From the NCBI GenBank assembly GCA_963758635.1, contig CAVWWD010000008.1:576001-640000 (forward strand): DNA of 64,000 bases. The letters are read 5' to 3'. Made by a program: the position numbers and the translations under genes. Of this stretch, positions 11,195-25,712 are shown one piece after another; position 1 is the stretch's first letter; each line of letters opens with the position of its first letter. A model generated the notes under the pieces. It was not told where the DNA came from and did no database searches. It saw only the letters and a program-made list of their open reading frames with translations. This DNA is from an uncultured Candidatus Rokubacteria bacterium. Lineage in GTDB: Bacteria; Methylomirabilota; Methylomirabilia; Rokubacteriales; CSP1-6.

Positions 11195-12377
11195 TCACTT
11201 CGGCAGGCCGAGGAGACGCTCGCCGATGATGCCGCGCTGGATCTCCGTGGTGCCGCCCGCGATGCCGAACCGGAGCGCGAACAGCGCCTGGAAGGCCCAG
11301 CGGCCGTCGTCCAGCGCGCGCTCGCTCCCCGCCCAGAGCTGGTGATACGGGCCCACGATCTGCGTGGCGATCTCCGCCATCTTCTGGTACGCCTCGGTGA
11401 ACCCGAGCTTGAGGACGGAGCCTTCCGCGCCCGGCGCGTCGCCGCGGAGCTGGCGCGTGAGGTAGCGCAGCGCGGTCAGGCGCAGCACGCGCCCGGACAG
11501 GTAGAGGTCGGCGAGCCGCTGGCGGAGGAGCGGGTCCCGCCCCGCGCCGTCGTGCGCGCGGGCCAGCGCCAGCACGCGGTCGATGAAGTGGTGCAGGATC
11601 ACCATCGAGCCCAGCGCCATGCGCTCGTACATGAGCACGGTGATGGCCACGTCCCAGCCGCCGTGCAGGCGGCCGAGCAGGTTCTCGCGGGGCACGCGCA
11701 CCTGGTCGAAGAACACCTCGTTGAACTCCGCGTCGCCGGTGATCTGCACGAGCGGGCGCAGCGTGATGCCGGGGCTCCGCATGTCCACGAGCAGGCACGA
11801 GATGCCCTTGTGCTTGGGCGCGGCGGGGTCGGTCCGGACGAGCAGGATGCAGTAGTCCGAGCGATGGGCGTTCGACGTCCAGACCTTCTGGCCCGTCACG
11901 ACGAAGTGGTCGCCATCGATGACGGCCCGCGTGGACAGGCTGGCGAGGTCGCTGCCCGCGCCCGGCTCCGAGAATCCCTGGCACCAGATCTCGTCGGCGG
12001 GCAGCATCGGGGGCAGCCACCGCCGCCGCTGCTCGGGGGTGCCGTGGTGCATGATGGCGGGCCCGGCGATGGTGAGGCCGACGGTGTTCACCCCGGGCGG
12101 CGCGCCCGCCGCCACCAGCTCCTCCGCGTAGATCAGCCGCTCGACCAGGCCCGCGCTCGCGGCCGCCGTACTCCCTCGGCCAGTGGATGGCGATCCAGCC
12201 GCCCTCGTGCAGGCGCCGGTGCCACGCGCGGCTCGCGTCGAAGGACTTATCGGGATGGAGCGACAGCTCGTCGTCGGAGGGCGGATGAACGGCGCGGTGC
12301 TCGGCCAGGTTCACGCGGAGCCAGTCGCGGAGCTCGCGGCGGAACGCCTCCTCGGCCTCGGTGTAGGCGAAGTCCAT
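11195..12377 (-). CDS. Acyl-CoA dehydrogenase (frameshift near 12160)
   Basis: MDFAYT…, WCQGFSEPGAGSDLA, GQKVWTS, IAGGTTEIQR motifs. Confidence 0.92.
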
Positions 12378-12423
12378 GGTGTCCTCTCCTGCGGTCGGGC
12401 CGCGTGCCGGTCAGATTCCCACG

Positions 12424-12861
12424 TCACGCGAGCCCGCGCGGCGGGACGCGCTTGTAGAAGAGGAGCTCCCGGGTGCCCTGGGGGAGGTTGTCGATGTGCC
12501 CGCTCGGGACGAAGCCCAGCGCGGTGTGCATGCGGATCGACGTGGTGTTGGTCTCCTCGGTGGAGGAGAAGATGCGCGGCGACAGCGAGACCGCCTCGAC
12601 CGACTTGAAGAACTCGCGGGCGATGCCCTTGCGCCGCCACTCCTCGTGGACGACCACCAGGCTGACGAACGTGCACTGGAACCAGTCGGTCCGGTAGGCG
12701 AGGAAGCCGATCACGCGCTCCTCGGCCTCGGCCACGATGAGCTGGTGACGCTCCATGTGGGCCTTGATGAAGGGCCCGGCGCGGTCGGTCCCGATCACCG
12801 CGGCGGCCAGCTCGGTGCAGGGGAGCGCGTCGGCCAGGCGGGGCAGCCGGATCTCGATCAT
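12424..12861 (-). CDS. GNAT family N-acetyltransferase
   Basis: VHEEWRRKGIA acetyl-CoA motif, N…HTALGF. Confidence 0.85.
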   Translation of the reverse strand: MIEIRLPRLADALPCTELAAAVIGTDRAGPFIKAHMERHQLIVAEAEERVIGFLAYRTDWFQCTFVSLVVVHEEWRRKGIAREFFKSVEAVSLSPRIFSSTEETNTTSIRMHTALGFVPSGHIDNLPQGTRELLFYKRVPPRGLA

Positions 12862-12877
12862 GGACGGGCCCGCCGCG

Positions 12878-13617
12878 TCAGTCCGCGCCGAAGTCGAGGA
12901 GGAGCGCGGCGTGGTCGGACAGGCCGATGGGCCCGCGGCCGCGTCGCCAGCCCCACGCATGGTGGGCGCGTCCGAGGCCGGCGAGCAGCCCACCGTTGAC
13001 GAAGGCCTGGTCCAGCCGGAACCCGTTCCTTCCGTTCGGCGAGTACCACGTGTAGGCGCGCTCCTCCCCGCGCAGGTGCCGGAAGGCGTCGCGCCAGCCG
13101 GCGCCCTCGAGCCCGTCCATCCATCCGTGCTCCCGCGCGTTGAACGCGGCCACCTCCTCGTCGATGCCCCGGCGCCCGGAGTTCGTGTCGCCGAGGAACA
13201 GCGCGGGCTCGCCGGGCCAGCGCCGGGCCACGCGGAGCACGGCGTCGAGGAACGGCCACTTCCGTCCGGTCACGCGGTTCGGGACGTGCATCGCGCCCAG
13301 CGTGAACGGACGCGGGGCAGCCACGCTCGCGCAGAGCCAGCGCCCGGGCTCGCGAGGTTCGTGCGGCAGGCGGATCCGCTCCACGGGCCACCGCGAGGCG
13401 ACGAGGATCGCGTTGGCGCCGGGCCGCTGAGGGTCGATGGTGCTGGCCTGGTGACGGAGTCCATGAGCGGCCAGGGCCACGGCCAGGGCGGCGCTCGGAG
13501 GGGTGGCGCGGAACTCGCAGAGCGCCACCACGTCCGGGCGCCAGCCCCGGAGCCGCGCGGCGAGGGCGCCGGTACGGCGCCCCCGCCGGCCATGATGTTC
13601 CAGGCGACGATTCGCAC
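12878..13617 (-). CDS. Endonuclease/exonuclease/phosphatase (ExoIII-like) family protein; frameshifted near the N-terminus
   Basis: MRIVAWNI, ALCEF, GDTN, FRLD, LSDH motifs. Confidence 0.85.
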
Positions 13618-13627
13618 GCGAGCCGCG

Positions 13628-14557
13628 CTACGCGAAGGCCTTCCGGAGCGCCCCCGCGATCTCGTCGCGGGCGGCGCGGGACTTGTCCACGAGGTTGATC
13701 CAGCGGATGAAGCCGTGCACGAGCCCGGGGTAGCGCGTGACGGTGACGGGCACGCCGGCGCGTCGGAGCCGGTCGGCGTACGCCTCGCCCTCGTCGCGCA
13801 GGGGATCGTACTCGGCGGTCATGACCAGCGCGGGGGGAAGCCCCTCCACGCTCGGCGCCTGCAGGGGAGAGGCGTAGGGCTGGCGGCCGTCGCCGTCCGG
13901 GCCCAGGTAGTGGTTCCAGAACCACTGCATCCCCGCGCGCGTGAGCATGTAGCCCTCGGCGAGGTCCTTGTACGACACCGTGTCGAACGAGTGATCGGTG
14001 ACCGGATAGACGAGGACCTGCAGCTTGAGCGCGGGGCCGCCCCGGTCGCGCGCCATGAGGCTCACCGCCGCGGCGAGGTTGCCGCCCGCGCTGTCGCCGC
14101 CCACGGCGATCCGTCGCGGGTCCACCCCGAGCCGCGCGCCCTCGGCGGCCACCCAGCGCGTGGCCGCGAAGGCGTCCTCGGCCGCGACCGGATACCGGTG
14201 CTCCGGGGCCAGGCGGTAGTCCACGCTGGCGACCACCGCGCCGGCGGCGTTCGCGAGCGAGCGGCAGATGCCGTCGTGCGTCTCGATGTCGCCGATCACC
14301 CAGCCTCCGCCGTGGAAGAACACGAGCGCCGGGAACGGGCCCGTGCCCGCCGGCGTGTAGCAGCGCACCGCGATGTCGCCACCGGCCACGGGCACGCGGT
14401 GGTCCGTCACGCGGGCCACGTCCTCCACCGGCCCGAGGCCGGCGGTGCGCGAGCGCATGTTCTCGCGCGCCTGGTCGGGCGTCATCTTCTCCACGGGCGG
14501 CAGGTTGAGCGCCGCCGTCGCGTCCATGATCCGCTTCGCCTGAGGATCGAGGGTCAT
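13628..14557 (-). CDS. Alpha/beta hydrolase (HSL family esterase)
   Basis: HGGGW, GDSAGG, DPLRDE, HGF motifs; AAGGAGG RBS. Confidence 0.93.
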   Translation of the reverse strand: MTLDPQAKRIMDATAALNLPPVEKMTPDQARENMRSRTAGLGPVEDVARVTDHRVPVAGGDIAVRCYTPAGTGPFPALVFFHGGGWVIGDIETHDGICRSLANAAGAVVASVDYRLAPEHRYPVAAEDAFAATRWVAAEGARLGVDPRRIAVGGDSAGGNLAAAVSLMARDRGGPALKLQVLVYPVTDHSFDTVSYKDLAEGYMLTRAGMQWFWNHYLGPDGDGRQPYASPLQAPSVEGLPPALVMTAEYDPLRDEGEAYADRLRRAGVPVTVTRYPGLVHGFIRWINLVDKSRAARDEIAGALRKAFA

Positions 14558-14594
14558 CGTGAGCCTCCTTGTCGGCGACGCTTCTGAAGCGCGG

Positions 14595-14733
14595 TCGGCG
14601 GTTGATTCCACTGCGTTTTCGGGTGCGCTCGCCTCGCCTTCGGCTCAGCTCGCAAAGCGGGCAACAGCGGCCTCGGCGGTTGATTCCACTGCACTTTCGG
14701 ATGCGCTCGCCTCGCCTGCGGCTCAGCTCGCAA
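14595..14733. repeat. Family A repeat: two 61-bp direct copies (14595-14655, 14673-14733)
   Basis: Copies differ at 4 of 61 positions; related to 20010-20068, 26367-26487 and 52480-52535. Confidence 0.9.
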
Positions 14734-14736
14734 GGC

Positions 14737-15433
14737 TCAGTACGTCCCCGGCCGGATCTCCTTGTAGAGGGCCTTGAGCCGCTCGACGTTGAAGTCGGGC
14801 GACTGGCACACGGAGATGATGCGCTTCTCATCGGCCTCGACCTTGGCGATGGCCGCCGGGATGCCGGTGGCGATGTCGGGCGGCACCGTGACCACGCCGT
14901 GCTGGTCGCCGTGGACGAGGTCGCCGGGCTTGATCCACACGCCGCCGACCTTCACCGGGATGCCGAAGTCGACCATGTGCACGTTGGCGTGCGACACCGA
15001 GACGTGGGACGCGCAGAACTGGAACCCGAGCGCGCGGACCTCGTCGAGGTCGCGCACGGAGCCGTCGGTCACCACGCCCACGCAGCCCAGCGCGCGGTGG
15101 ATGTTGGCCTGCACCTCGCCCCACTGCGCGCCCTGGCCGCGCGGATCGTCCAGGTCGTGCACGACGATCACGCGCGGGGCGGGCAGGCTCAGCACGAAGT
15201 CCCACCAGCCGAACAGGCTCGCGCGATGGCCCTCGATGGGGCCGGACTCCGCGCGGATGACGCACGGTGGCGGCGTAGCCCACCATCGGTCCCATCTCGG
15301 GGAACAGGGCGCGGATGTCCGAGGAGAGGTTGCCCACCTCGCGCGGTCGCACCGAGAACGTCTCGATGGCGTTGGCCACGCTCGGGCTCGTGATCTTCTT
15401 GAGCGCGTCGATCTGCTGTGTGTTCAAAGGCAC
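14737..15433 (-). CDS. RraA/HMG-aldolase family protein (frameshift near 15260)
   Basis: SPSVANAIE, WGE, DGSVRD, PGDLVHGDQHGVV motifs. Confidence 0.88.
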
Positions 15434-15483
15434 GGCGGGTCTCCTGGCAGAGGTGAACTGCAGTGTGTCTGACGGCGCTCGAG

Positions 15484-15580
15484 TTGGTTCGACTGCATGT
15501 CTCATGGCTGCGGCTGCGGTCGCTGCGGCATCAGCTGCAGCGGCCTGCGGCTCGCTCGCAAGCGGCTCGGCTCGCAAAGC
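15484..15580. repeat. Degenerate family A repeat
   Basis: GGTTCGACTGCATGTCTCAT…CGGCTCGGCTCGCAA resembles both ends of family A. Confidence 0.4.
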
Positions 15581-15589
15581 CACTCAGCT

Positions 15590-20081
<4,492 letters not shown>

Positions 20082-21077
20082 CTACTTGTAGCCAGCCCGG
20101 TCAGCGAGGCGGGTGGCGGCGGCCTGGAACTCGCCGGCCGCGGCCACGTTGATGTCGTCCTGCTTGAACTTGCCCCACTTGGCGATCACGGGGTTGACGC
20201 CGGCCTGCGGGTTGGCCGGGTACTCGAAGTTCGCGTCGGCGAACATCTGCTGGGCCTCGGGGCTGGCGAGGAACTCGATGAGCTTCACCGCGTTGGCGCG
20301 GTTCTTCGCCTGAGCGGTGATGCCCGCGCCCGAGATGTTCACGTGAGTCCCCGTCGTCTGCTGGTTCGCCCAGAACGCGGCCACCGGGAAGGCGGGATCC
20401 TTGGCGACGATCCGCCCGAGGTAGTAGTGGTTCGTCAGCCCGACGTCGCACTGCCCGGCGGCGATCGCCTCGAGGATCTTCGTGTCGCCGTTGATGAGGG
20501 TCGGGTTGTTCGCCACCCAGGTCTTCACCACGGCCTCGGTCTTGGGCTCACCGGAGCGCTTGATCATCGTGGCGAGGAACGACTGGTTGTAGATGTAGCT
20601 CGACGTGCGCAGGCAGAGCCGCCCCTTCCACTTCGGGTCGCCGAGCGCCTCGTAGGTCGAGAGCTCCTCCGGCTTGACCTTCTTCGTGTTGTACATGATC
20701 GTGCGCGCCCGCATGGTGAGGCCGAACCACCGGTTCTCGGGGTCGCGCAGGTGGGCGGGGATGCTCGCCACGAGCTCGGGAGAGTCCACGCGTGACAGGA
20801 GGCCGGCCCGCGCGGCGTTCCAGAGGTTGCCGGCGTCCACCGTGATCAGCACGTCGGCCGGGGTCTTGTCCCCTTCGGCCCGGAGCCGCTCGAAGAGCTC
20901 GGAGGAGTTGCCGCCGAGGCTCTTCACCTGGATCCCGGTCTTCTTCGTGAATGCGTCGATGGCCGGTTCCTGCCCGTAGTGCGAGCGGGCCGAGTACACG
21001 ACCACCTCGTTGGCCGCGGCGCTGCCGGCGAGCAGGGCCGCGCCGAGCGCGGCGAGGACGATCGATCGGATGCCCAT
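20082..21077 (-). CDS. fbpA: Fe(III) ABC transporter substrate-binding protein (FbpA/FutA)
   Basis: VYSAR, SSYIYNQS, NHYY tyrosine ligands, HVNISG. Confidence 0.92.
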   Translation of the reverse strand: MGIRSIVLAALGAALLAGSAAANEVVVYSARSHYGQEPAIDAFTKKTGIQVKSLGGNSSELFERLRAEGDKTPADVLITVDAGNLWNAARAGLLSRVDSPELVASIPAHLRDPENRWFGLTMRARTIMYNTKKVKPEELSTYEALGDPKWKGRLCLRTSSYIYNQSFLATMIKRSGEPKTEAVVKTWVANNPTLINGDTKILEAIAAGQCDVGLTNHYYLGRIVAKDPAFPVAAFWANQQTTGTHVNISGAGITAQAKNRANAVKLIEFLASPEAQQMFADANFEYPANPQAGVNPVIAKWGKFKQDDINVAAAGEFQAAATRLADRAGYK

Positions 21078-21121
21078 GCGTCTCTCCCTTTCGACGGGAC
21101 TGGAATGGTGACCGCGTCGAG

Positions 21122-21158
21122 TAAGGGTAGGCTAACTCACTCAGGTTGACAACCCTAA
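21122..21158. promoter_or_regulatory. Tandem DtxR/IdeR-like operator boxes
   Basis: TAAGGGTAGGCTAACTCAC (14/19 to TTAGGTTAGGCTAACCTAA) and CTCAGGTTGACAACCCTAA upstream of the iron-uptake genes. Confidence 0.6.
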
Positions 21159-21224
21159 TCAGAAGGCGCAACCCGCTGGAGCCCCGAGGGGCGACCACCC
21201 CAGGGGGGGGGACGGCGCTCGCGG

Positions 21225-22166
21225 TTAGCGAGCCTGCTTGGTCTGCGCCTCCCGGATGAGGCCCTGCACGCGCTCGGTGTCCTTGCCCTCGGGCACCAGG
21301 GCGACGAACCGCTTCCACGCCTGGATCGCCCCCGGGTAGTCGCGCTTGACCTCGAAGAGGACCTCGCCGCGGTAGAGGTGGGCGGGCGCGTACTCCGGGT
21401 CGATGCCGAGGGCCTTGTCCCACGTCTCGAGCGCGGTGTCGGCGTGGCCGCCGATGGCCACGATGAGCCCCAGGTGGGTCATCGCGTCGACGTTTCGCGG
21501 CTCGCGCTTGAGGACCGCCTGGTAGGCCGCGATGGCCTCCTGGTAGCGTCCCTCGGCGAGGCTCTGGCGGGCCGCCCGCAGCATGCCCGCGAGCATCTCC
21601 GGCGCGAGGGCCTTGCCGCTCGCCGCGCCGGGCGCGGAGCCTGTCCCCGCCGCGCTTGGCGCCGGCCCCGGCGGCGGCGCGGTCGCCACCATCGGGCCGG
21701 CGCTCCTCGGTGGGGATGCGGCGCCGGGATCCGGCTCGGTGAAGCGCCCGACGCTCACGCCGAGCACCACGCCGAAGACCAGGATGACGACGCCTCCGAA
21801 GGCGAGCGCGACCGGCTTCCGGCTCAGGCCGGGCGCCGGCGCCGGCGTCTGCTCGGGGGCGACCTGCGGCACGGGCGCCGGTCCCAGGTCGTCCAGGGCG
21901 CGCAGCACCCCGGCGGCACGCGCCTCGTAGCGCTGAGAGACCTCCCGGTGGTCCTCGTCGGAGAGATGCCCGGCCTCGTGGTCGAAGGCCAGTTCGTGCA
22001 GCGCGCGGTAGATGGACGCCTTCTCCTCGGTCAGCTCCAGGCGGCGAGCGTCGGCCGGGACGCCGGCCGCGGCCGACGTGGCGGGCCCGCGGCGGACGAA
22101 CGGCCAGACGATCAGGGCCAGCGCGGGCAGCGCCACGGCCACGATGGCGACGATCTGCGCGGTCAC
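21225..22166 (-). CDS. ccmI: Cytochrome c biogenesis protein CcmI/CycH-like (TM + TPR)
   Basis: Two TM helices, ELAFDHEAGHLS, C-terminal TPR; last gene of the ccm operon. Confidence 0.75.
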   Translation of the reverse strand: MTAQIVAIVAVALPALALIVWPFVRRGPATSAAAGVPADARRLELTEEKASIYRALHELAFDHEAGHLSDEDHREVSQRYEARAAGVLRALDDLGPAPVPQVAPEQTPAPAPGLSRKPVALAFGGVVILVFGVVLGVSVGRFTEPDPGAASPPRSAGPMVATAPPPGPAPSAAGTGSAPGAASGKALAPEMLAGMLRAARQSLAEGRYQEAIAAYQAVLKREPRNVDAMTHLGLIVAIGGHADTALETWDKALGIDPEYAPAHLYRGEVLFEVKRDYPGAIQAWKRFVALVPEGKDTERVQGLIREAQTKQAR

Positions 22167-22636
22167 CGATCGGTCTCGCCCAGCTCGCGGGCGATCCGCG
22201 CACGCATCGCCTCGTCGGGGGCCGCCGCGCCCGCGGAGACGCTGGCGGCGCGGCGCCGCCAGCGTCGGAGCGTGATCGCCACCACCACGAGGCCCACGGC
22301 GAGCGCGGCGAAGGGGGCCGCCCAGACCAGGATGTTGAAGCCCTCGCGCGGCGGCGCGAGGAGGATCCACTGGCCGTACTTGTCCACGAAGTAGGCCACG
22401 ACCTGCTCGGGGGTGTCGCCGGCGGCGAGACGCTCGCGGATCACGCCGCGCATCTGGTTGGCGGTCTCGGACGGCGAGTCGGCGACCGAGAGGCTCTGGC
22501 AGACGACGCAGCGGAGCTGCGCCGCGATGGCGTGCACCGTGTTCTCGTCGACGGGAGCGGCCGCGGCGGGCCCGGCCAGGGCCGCGAGCAGGGCGAGGGC
22601 CGCGAGCACGGCGAGGGCGGCGAGCGCCCTCCTCAT
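22163..22636 (-). CDS. ccmH: Cytochrome c biogenesis protein CcmH
   Basis: LRCVVCQ…SVADS, YG.WILLAPP motifs. Confidence 0.92.
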   Translation of the reverse strand: MRRALAALAVLAALALLAALAGPAAAAPVDENTVHAIAAQLRCVVCQSLSVADSPSETANQMRGVIRERLAAGDTPEQVVAYFVDKYGQWILLAPPREGFNILVWAAPFAALAVGLVVVAITLRRWRRRAASVSAGAAAPDEAMRARIARELGETDR

Positions 22637-23163
22637 GCCGGCTCCGCGAGCAGCCGCTCCACCTCTCGGCGGAAGACCTCGTCCGTGATCGCGCCCACGT
22701 GCTTGGCCCGGATGTGACCCTTCCTGTCGATGAAGTACGTCTCGGGCACGCCGTAGACGCCGTAGTCCACCGACACCCGGCCCGCCGGATCGGGCGCGTT
22801 GGGGAAGGTGTGCTTGAACGACTCCAGGAACTTGCGGGCCGGCTCTTCCTTGTCCTGGATGTTGACGCCGATCAGCACCATGTCACGGTTCCGGTACTGC
22901 TCCCACGCGCGGGCCAGGGCCGGCGCCTCGTCGTAGCAGGCGGGGAAGCACCAGGACGCCCAGAAGTTCAGCACCACCACCTTCCCGCGCAGCTTCTCCA
23001 GCGCCAGGTCCTGCCCGTCGAAGGTCTTGAGCGCGAAGCCCGCCGCGGGTCTGCCGACGAGCGGCGAGGGGATCTCGCGCGGATTGGTGCGGAACCCGTA
23101 GGCCAGGAGGGCGAGCACGGGGATGACGGCCAGCGGCACCAGCCAGCGCGACGGGCGAGTCAC
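22633..23163 (-). CDS. ccmG: Thiol:disulfide oxidoreductase CcmG/TlpA
   Basis: VVLNFWASWC, GVYGVPETY motifs; active site reads CFPAC. Confidence 0.88.
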   Translation of the reverse strand: MTRPSRWLVPLAVIPVLALLAYGFRTNPREIPSPLVGRPAAGFALKTFDGQDLALEKLRGKVVVLNFWASWCFPACYDEAPALARAWEQYRNRDMVLIGVNIQDKEEPARKFLESFKHTFPNAPDPAGRVSVDYGVYGVPETYFIDRKGHIRAKHVGAITDEVFRREVERLLAEPA

Positions 23164-25118
23164 GCGACCCTCCGGCGGTCGGGCAGGACGGCGAGGACGG
23201 TGCCCAGGGTCAGGACGAGGCCGCCGATCCAGAGCCACGACACCATGCGGTTCACCTGGAGCTTCACGGTGGCGTGAGACCCGTCGGGCGCGAAGTCGCC
23301 GAGGACGACGTACACGTCCTCGAGCAGGCCGAGCCGGTAGTCCACCGAGGCGATCGGCGTCTGCTCCTGCTGGTAGAACTTCTTGGCCGGCCGAAGGACG
23401 TCGAGGGGATCGCGCCGGGGGCTCGACACCGTGAACACGCCGGTCACCTTGCCGTGATTCGACTCCTCGCTAGCCGTGAGCCCGTCGAACCGCACGCGGT
23501 AACCGGCGAGGGCGGCGGACTGGCCGCGCTCGAGCGTCGTCTCGGTGCTGACCGACCACGCCTGGGAGCCGGCCACGCCCAGCGCCACCACCAGGATGCC
23601 CAGGTGCACGACGAAGCCGCCGTAGCGCCGGTTCTGGTTCAGCAGGAGGCCCCACGTGGCCGCCCCCCAGCCGTGCCCCCGGTGGCGCCGCGCGCGCGCG
23701 GCCCGCGCGAAGTCGAGGGCCATCGTCGCGCTCACGAACACGACCAGCCCCATGCACACGAGCACGAGGACGTTGCCCACGCCGCCCACGCGCAGCACGA
23801 GGGCGGCGGCGATGCCCGCGCCCACGGGGATCAGGAAGTTCCGCCGCAAGTTGTCGGCCGAGGCCCGGCGCCACGCGATGAGCGGCCCCACGCCCATCAG
23901 GAACAGGAGCCCGAGGAAGACGGGGATGTTGACCAGGTTGAAGAACGGGGCGCCCACGCTGACCTTGGCGCCCTTCACCGCCTCCGTGAGCAGCGGGAAG
24001 ATCGTCCCGAAGAACACGGTGAAGGCGGCGGCGAGGAGGAACAGGTTGTTCAGCAGGAACGCCGACTCGCGCGAGAGGATCGAGTCCAGCTCCCCCTCGG
24101 CGCGCAGCCGGTCCATCCGCCAGGCGAGGAGCGAGAAGGACGCCAGCAGGACGACCGACAGGAAGGCGAGGAAGAACCACCCGATCGCGCCCTGGGTGAA
24201 GGAGTGGACGGATCCGATGATGCCCGAGCGGGTGAGGAACGTCCCGAAGATGGTGAGGCCGAAGGTCAGGATGACCAGCGACAGGTTCCAGAGCTTCAGC
24301 ATCCGCCGCCGCTCCTGGATCATCACCGAGTGCAGGAGCGCGGTGCCGGTCAGCCAGGGCATGAAGGCGGCGTTCTCCACCGGGTCCCACGCCCAGTAGC
24401 CGCCCCAGCCCAGCACGTGGTAGCTCCACCAGCCGCCGATGAGGAGGCCCAGCGACAGGAAGTACCACGCGACGATCGTCCAGCGCCGGGTGATCGTGAT
24501 CCACTCGTCGCCGGTGCGCCCGGTGGCCAGCGCCGCGATGGCGAACGCGAACGGGACGGTGAACCCGGTGAAGCCCAGGTAGAGGGCCACCGGATGCGTG
24601 ATCATTCCCGAGTCCTCGAGAAGCGGGTTCAGGCCGCGCCCGTCCGCGGGGACGGGGGACAGGCGGGCGAACGGCGGCGCGGCCACGCTCATCACGAGCA
24701 GGAAGAAGGCGGCCACCGCGGTGAGCACGGCGAGCACCCAGGGGTAGAGCTCCGGCTGGCGCCGCCGATAGCGGCGCACCACGATCAGCGTGTAGAGGCT
24801 GATCATCCAGCACCACAGGATGATCGAGCCCTCGAGCGCGCCCCAGAGCGCGGTGATCCGGTAGTAGAAGGGCGTGCCGCGGCTCGTGTTGGAGGCCACG
24901 TAGCGGACCGAGAAGTCGAAGGTCAGGAAGGCGTACACGAGGAGCAGCATGCACCCCGTCACGAGCACCCACACGCCGACCGCCGCGCGCTCCGACGACT
25001 CGAGGAGCGCCGGCCGTCCCGCGCGCGCGCCCACCGCCGCCGTGACGCTGGCGTAGAGCGCCAGGCCGAAGGCGACCACCGTGGCCGCGTACCCGATCTC
25101 GGGCGTGAAGCCGCTCAT
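23160..25118 (-). CDS. ccmF: Heme lyase CcmF
   Basis: WGGYWAWDPVEN WWD domain; SVHSF. Confidence 0.95.
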   Translation of the reverse strand: MSGFTPEIGYAATVVAFGLALYASVTAAVGARAGRPALLESSERAAVGVWVLVTGCMLLLVYAFLTFDFSVRYVASNTSRGTPFYYRITALWGALEGSIILWCWMISLYTLIVVRRYRRRQPELYPWVLAVLTAVAAFFLLVMSVAAPPFARLSPVPADGRGLNPLLEDSGMITHPVALYLGFTGFTVPFAFAIAALATGRTGDEWITITRRWTIVAWYFLSLGLLIGGWWSYHVLGWGGYWAWDPVENAAFMPWLTGTALLHSVMIQERRRMLKLWNLSLVILTFGLTIFGTFLTRSGIIGSVHSFTQGAIGWFFLAFLSVVLLASFSLLAWRMDRLRAEGELDSILSRESAFLLNNLFLLAAAFTVFFGTIFPLLTEAVKGAKVSVGAPFFNLVNIPVFLGLLFLMGVGPLIAWRRASADNLRRNFLIPVGAGIAAALVLRVGGVGNVLVLVCMGLVVFVSATMALDFARAARARRHRGHGWGAATWGLLLNQNRRYGGFVVHLGILVVALGVAGSQAWSVSTETTLERGQSAALAGYRVRFDGLTASEESNHGKVTGVFTVSSPRRDPLDVLRPAKKFYQQEQTPIASVDYRLGLLEDVYVVLGDFAPDGSHATVKLQVNRMVSWLWIGGLVLTLGTVLAVLPDRRRVA

Positions 25119-25570
25119 GGCCGGCCCGGCGGGGCGGCGCCGCGGAGGCTCTTCATCAGCTCCTTGTAGCCGGCCTGCGCGTCGCCGTCGTGGGGCGCCT
25201 TGTACTCCTCGGAGTGCTTGGCCATGATCAGCGTCGCCTTGAAGTAGCCCTCGCCGCTCCACGAGCCTTCCACCACGGCGCCGCGGGCCTCCGCGAAGAG
25301 GTCGGGCGGCGTGCCCCGGTGACGCACCGGCACGGTGGCCTTGCCGTCCGAGAGCGTGAAGGTGAGGTCGAGCGTGCGCGGCTCCCATCGGAGCGATCCC
25401 CGCTCCACCATGCCGCCGAGCCGGTAGGTCTTGCCGGCCACCGGCGCGGCCAGGAGCTCGCTCGGCGTGGCGAAGTATACGACCGACTGGCTCACGCCCG
25501 CGTAGACCAGGTACCCGATCGCCGCGAGGATGACGATCCCGCCGGCCACGAACTTGCGCTTGCCCCTCAC
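25115..25570 (-). CDS. ccmE: Heme chaperone CcmE
   Basis: RLGGMV, PDLF, AKHSEEY (HxxxY) motifs. Confidence 0.93.
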   Translation of the reverse strand: MRGKRKFVAGGIVILAAIGYLVYAGVSQSVVYFATPSELLAAPVAGKTYRLGGMVERGSLRWEPRTLDLTFTLSDGKATVPVRHRGTPPDLFAEARGAVVEGSWSGEGYFKATLIMAKHSEEYKAPHDGDAQAGYKELMKSLRGAAPPGRP

Positions 25571-25704
25571 GGCGCGCCCCGTCGGCGGGCGCGTCGCGCG
25601 TCGGCAAGGGCGCGGGCCCGGCGCGCCAGGTGGCGCCAGTAGCCGAGGAAGGCGGCGGTGGCGATGCCGTACGCGGCGAACACGTAGCTCCAGTTGTCGG
25701 GCAT
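25567..25704 (-). CDS. ccmD: Heme exporter protein CcmD
   Basis: MPDNWSYVFAAYG, one TM helix and basic tail, between ccmC and ccmE. Confidence 0.8.
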   Translation of the reverse strand: MPDNWSYVFAAYGIATAAFLGYWRHLARRARALADARRARRRGAP

Positions 25705-25712
25705 GGGCGTCG

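Noticed and set aside
14595..14733. Direct repeats as a mini CRISPR array
   Set aside because: Only two 61-bp units with a 17-bp spacer, dispersed copies elsewhere, and no cas genes.
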